Below are positions 61,651-64,000 of a DNA stretch of 64,000 bases, one piece after another; the first letter of the stretch is position 1, and the number at the start of each line of letters is the position of its first letter. Made by a program: the position numbers and the translations under genes. Source of the DNA: Octopus vulgaris (Eukaryota); assembly GCA_951406725.2 (NCBI GenBank), contig OX597817.1, forward strand, positions 55,986,001-56,050,000. Direction: 5' to 3'. Under the pieces are notes generated by a model, which saw only the letters and a list, made by a program, of their open reading frames with translations, was not told the origin of the DNA and ran no database searches.

Positions 61651-63174
61651 CACTGGTTCCCAAAGTGGGCCATAGAAAGATCCAGAAAAAAAATGGAGCG
61701 ATAATTGTGTGACCAAAACGGGGCAATGAATGTAACGAAACAAACGGATCTTTTCATTTTGAAAGCCAGATTTTTCAGATTTTTCTAGTTAACTAAATAA
61801 TTTGAAACTTCGTATACTGGTAGAATGTGTCAAAAGAAAACAATAATTTCAACTAGTTTTTTGACAAAAATGTATTTTATAAGTTTAAACGTGGTTTAAA
61901 TCTGCGAATTTTAACCAATCGTATTGTCTGTTTTCATTTGAAATCATTAGCTGCATAGTGTTACTGTGACGTAGACAGCTATTTTGTGAGTGGGTAAGCA
62001 GTAAGCAAACAGCTGTGGTAGATGTGGTTATCATGGCAGTGGTGGTGGTGGTGGCGGCAGTGGATGATGATGATAATGATGATGATAGTAGTAGTAGCAT
62101 TGATTATGTTAGGATGTCTCATGGATGGTAGTGTTGAAGACATTGCAGAGTGTAGTGGTGGTGAAATTGGTGATTTTGAATATGATGCTGGTATTGATCT
62201 TGGGGTTGTGGTTGCAGAAGATGGTTGTGGTGGTGGCATTGGAGGTTGTAGTAATGGTTGTAGTGGTGGTTGTGAAGATGATTCTGATATTGATAGTCTT
62301 TGCATTGAGGTGGTGACAGAGTCAGAGTAAATAATAAGAGCCCAGTTAACACAAGATTCTTAAATTTCGGAGATCATAAGATAGAGAGCAAAAGTTAAAA
62401 GTTCCAATACTGGCCCAATTCCTACACCCCAGATTCTTCAACTATTTTATAAGAAAGAGGTTAATGGCAAGATAGGGATTCAGCTTAAAAATAAATTGTA
62501 TAACAAAAAATACATAAATAAATTACTGCTCCAACGATGTAATTTTAGTATGTGTATATGTATGTATGTGTGTGTGTGTGTGTGTGTAAGCAATGCAAAC
62601 AATGGAAAATAATTTAAACACTCATTTTATATATACTAAGACTTTCAAAAAGAATTTAGCTATTTAGGATCTGCACAAATTTTATATATACTCCACGAAG
62701 TTTGAAAGTGTTTAGTTACGATAAGCGGATGTTTACATTTTATGTTTACGTTAACTACGTCACAAAATAGCTGTTTACGTCACAGTAACAATATTTTGAG
62801 AGGCAGTAAATGATATGAAGTCGAAAGAAAGAATATCATCGGTTAAAATTCGAATTATTAAACAACGTTAAACTTAGAAATTACAATTCCGTTTTCATTT
62901 TGGTTTACAATTATGTTTTCTTTTGACACATTCTACCAGTATACGAAGTTTCAAATTGTTTAGTTAACTAGGAAAATCTGGCTTTCAAAATGAAAAGATC
63001 AAAACAAACAAAATAAAGGGTTCATTAAGTTAAGTTTTATTTGTAAAATACTGTTGTTTGGAATTTGCTGCAGAAAATAGTTTATGTCTGTGACGGTGAG
63101 TGGTGTGGGGGGACACTAGGAATGTGGCCTTAAAACCAAGGGGGCGGTAGCCTGAAAAAGTTTGGGAACCACTG
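61651..63174. mobile_element. Non-autonomous hAT (Charlie-like) element
   Basis: TIRs cactggttcccaaa / tttgggaaccactg; 8-bp TSD atctagag/acctagag. Confidence 0.82.
61746..63000. mobile_element. Nested MULE-like non-autonomous element with ~95-bp TIRs
   Basis: gatcttttcattttgaaagccaga..ctagttaactaaa.aatttgaaacttcgtatactggtagaatgtgtcaaaagaaaaca is inverted at 62914-63000; 9-bp TSD gaaacaaac/aaaacaaac. Confidence 0.75.
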
Positions 63175-63881
63175 ACCTAGAGAATTGGAAATGTCTTCAA
63201 TCAGCCGGGATTATTACCTGAGAGATTATCCCTCCGCTATATTGTTGATCTTCGTAGTCAATATCCTTACAATCCACCTACAGACACACACACACACACA
63301 AACATACACGCACACATACAGTTACATAATTACATATACATATATACATAAACAAACATACGTATATGTGCATATGAATACATGTGCACATGGGTGCATG
63401 AGTGTGTGCGTGTGTGTGTATGTGCGTGTGTATGTCTACTGACTACTCTGAGCTATTTCCTCTTGACTCATTTTTCTTTAACTGATGCAAATTTCCTATG
63501 CCATAAACGTGTTTCATTCTCTTTGTGGAAGTCTCAATCCCTTGGTTACTGAGGATAAAGTCGGGCAATTGTCGTGCTGATGACGGATATTTAGGCAGAA
63601 CGCATACTTATGACTGGGCGACTGTTTCAAGATTCTTCTCTATTTTCCTTAATGGCAAATCAACTTTGGTGACGTTTTACTTGTAGAGATTACCTTCCCT
63701 TCTCATATAGAGCCACTCTCAACATTGAGTTATTTTGCTCAAGTCATCTTTAGTCAATTTATATACGTATATATATGAATGCATATGCGTGTGTATACAT
63801 GTGTGTGTGTGCGCGCGGGTATGTGTGTGTGCATGCGCGTATGTGTGTGTATATTCATATATATATATATATATATGTATA

Positions 63882-63924
<43 letters not shown>

Positions 63925-64000
63925 GTATATATGTGAGTGTATATGTATGTATATGTATATTTGTACGCATGTATATATGTAAGTGTATGTATATATAGTG

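Noticed and set aside
62022-62330. Gly/Cys/Asp-rich 102-aa ORF
   Set aside because: Degenerate trinucleotide low-complexity sequence inside a non-autonomous transposon.

Overview
AT-rich eukaryotic DNA saturated with microsatellites. The repeat landscape looks like a coleoid cephalopod, probably Octopus; this is inferred from recalled repeat families, not a database search. No host protein-coding exon can be supported, and almost all ORFs in the track are microsatellite artefacts. Real coding content is retrotransposon-derived: a young, 5'-truncated CR1-group LINE with an uninterrupted APE+RT ORF2 (1069-4086), a Tx1/L1-type 3' fragment, and two different R4/Dong-type (RLE) 3' fragments. Each sits inside its own microsatellite type: CR1-group in (TA)n, Tx1 in (GATA)n, Dong in (TAA)n. 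More than 20 tRNA-derived SINE copies are present. Their 3' tails match the 3' ends of two LINEs in this same window, with compensatory base changes in a stem-loop, and the tails are swapped at one shared GTCGA-N5-TCGAC hairpin. Several minimal hammerhead-ribozyme-like motifs (Penelope-type) occur next to TA/TAA runs, one at the 3' end of a tRNA-headed element. There are also nested hAT/MULE-type non-autonomous DNA transposons, short fold-back elements and a candidate RFX/Oct enhancer. Coordinates were read by eye and may be off by a few bases.
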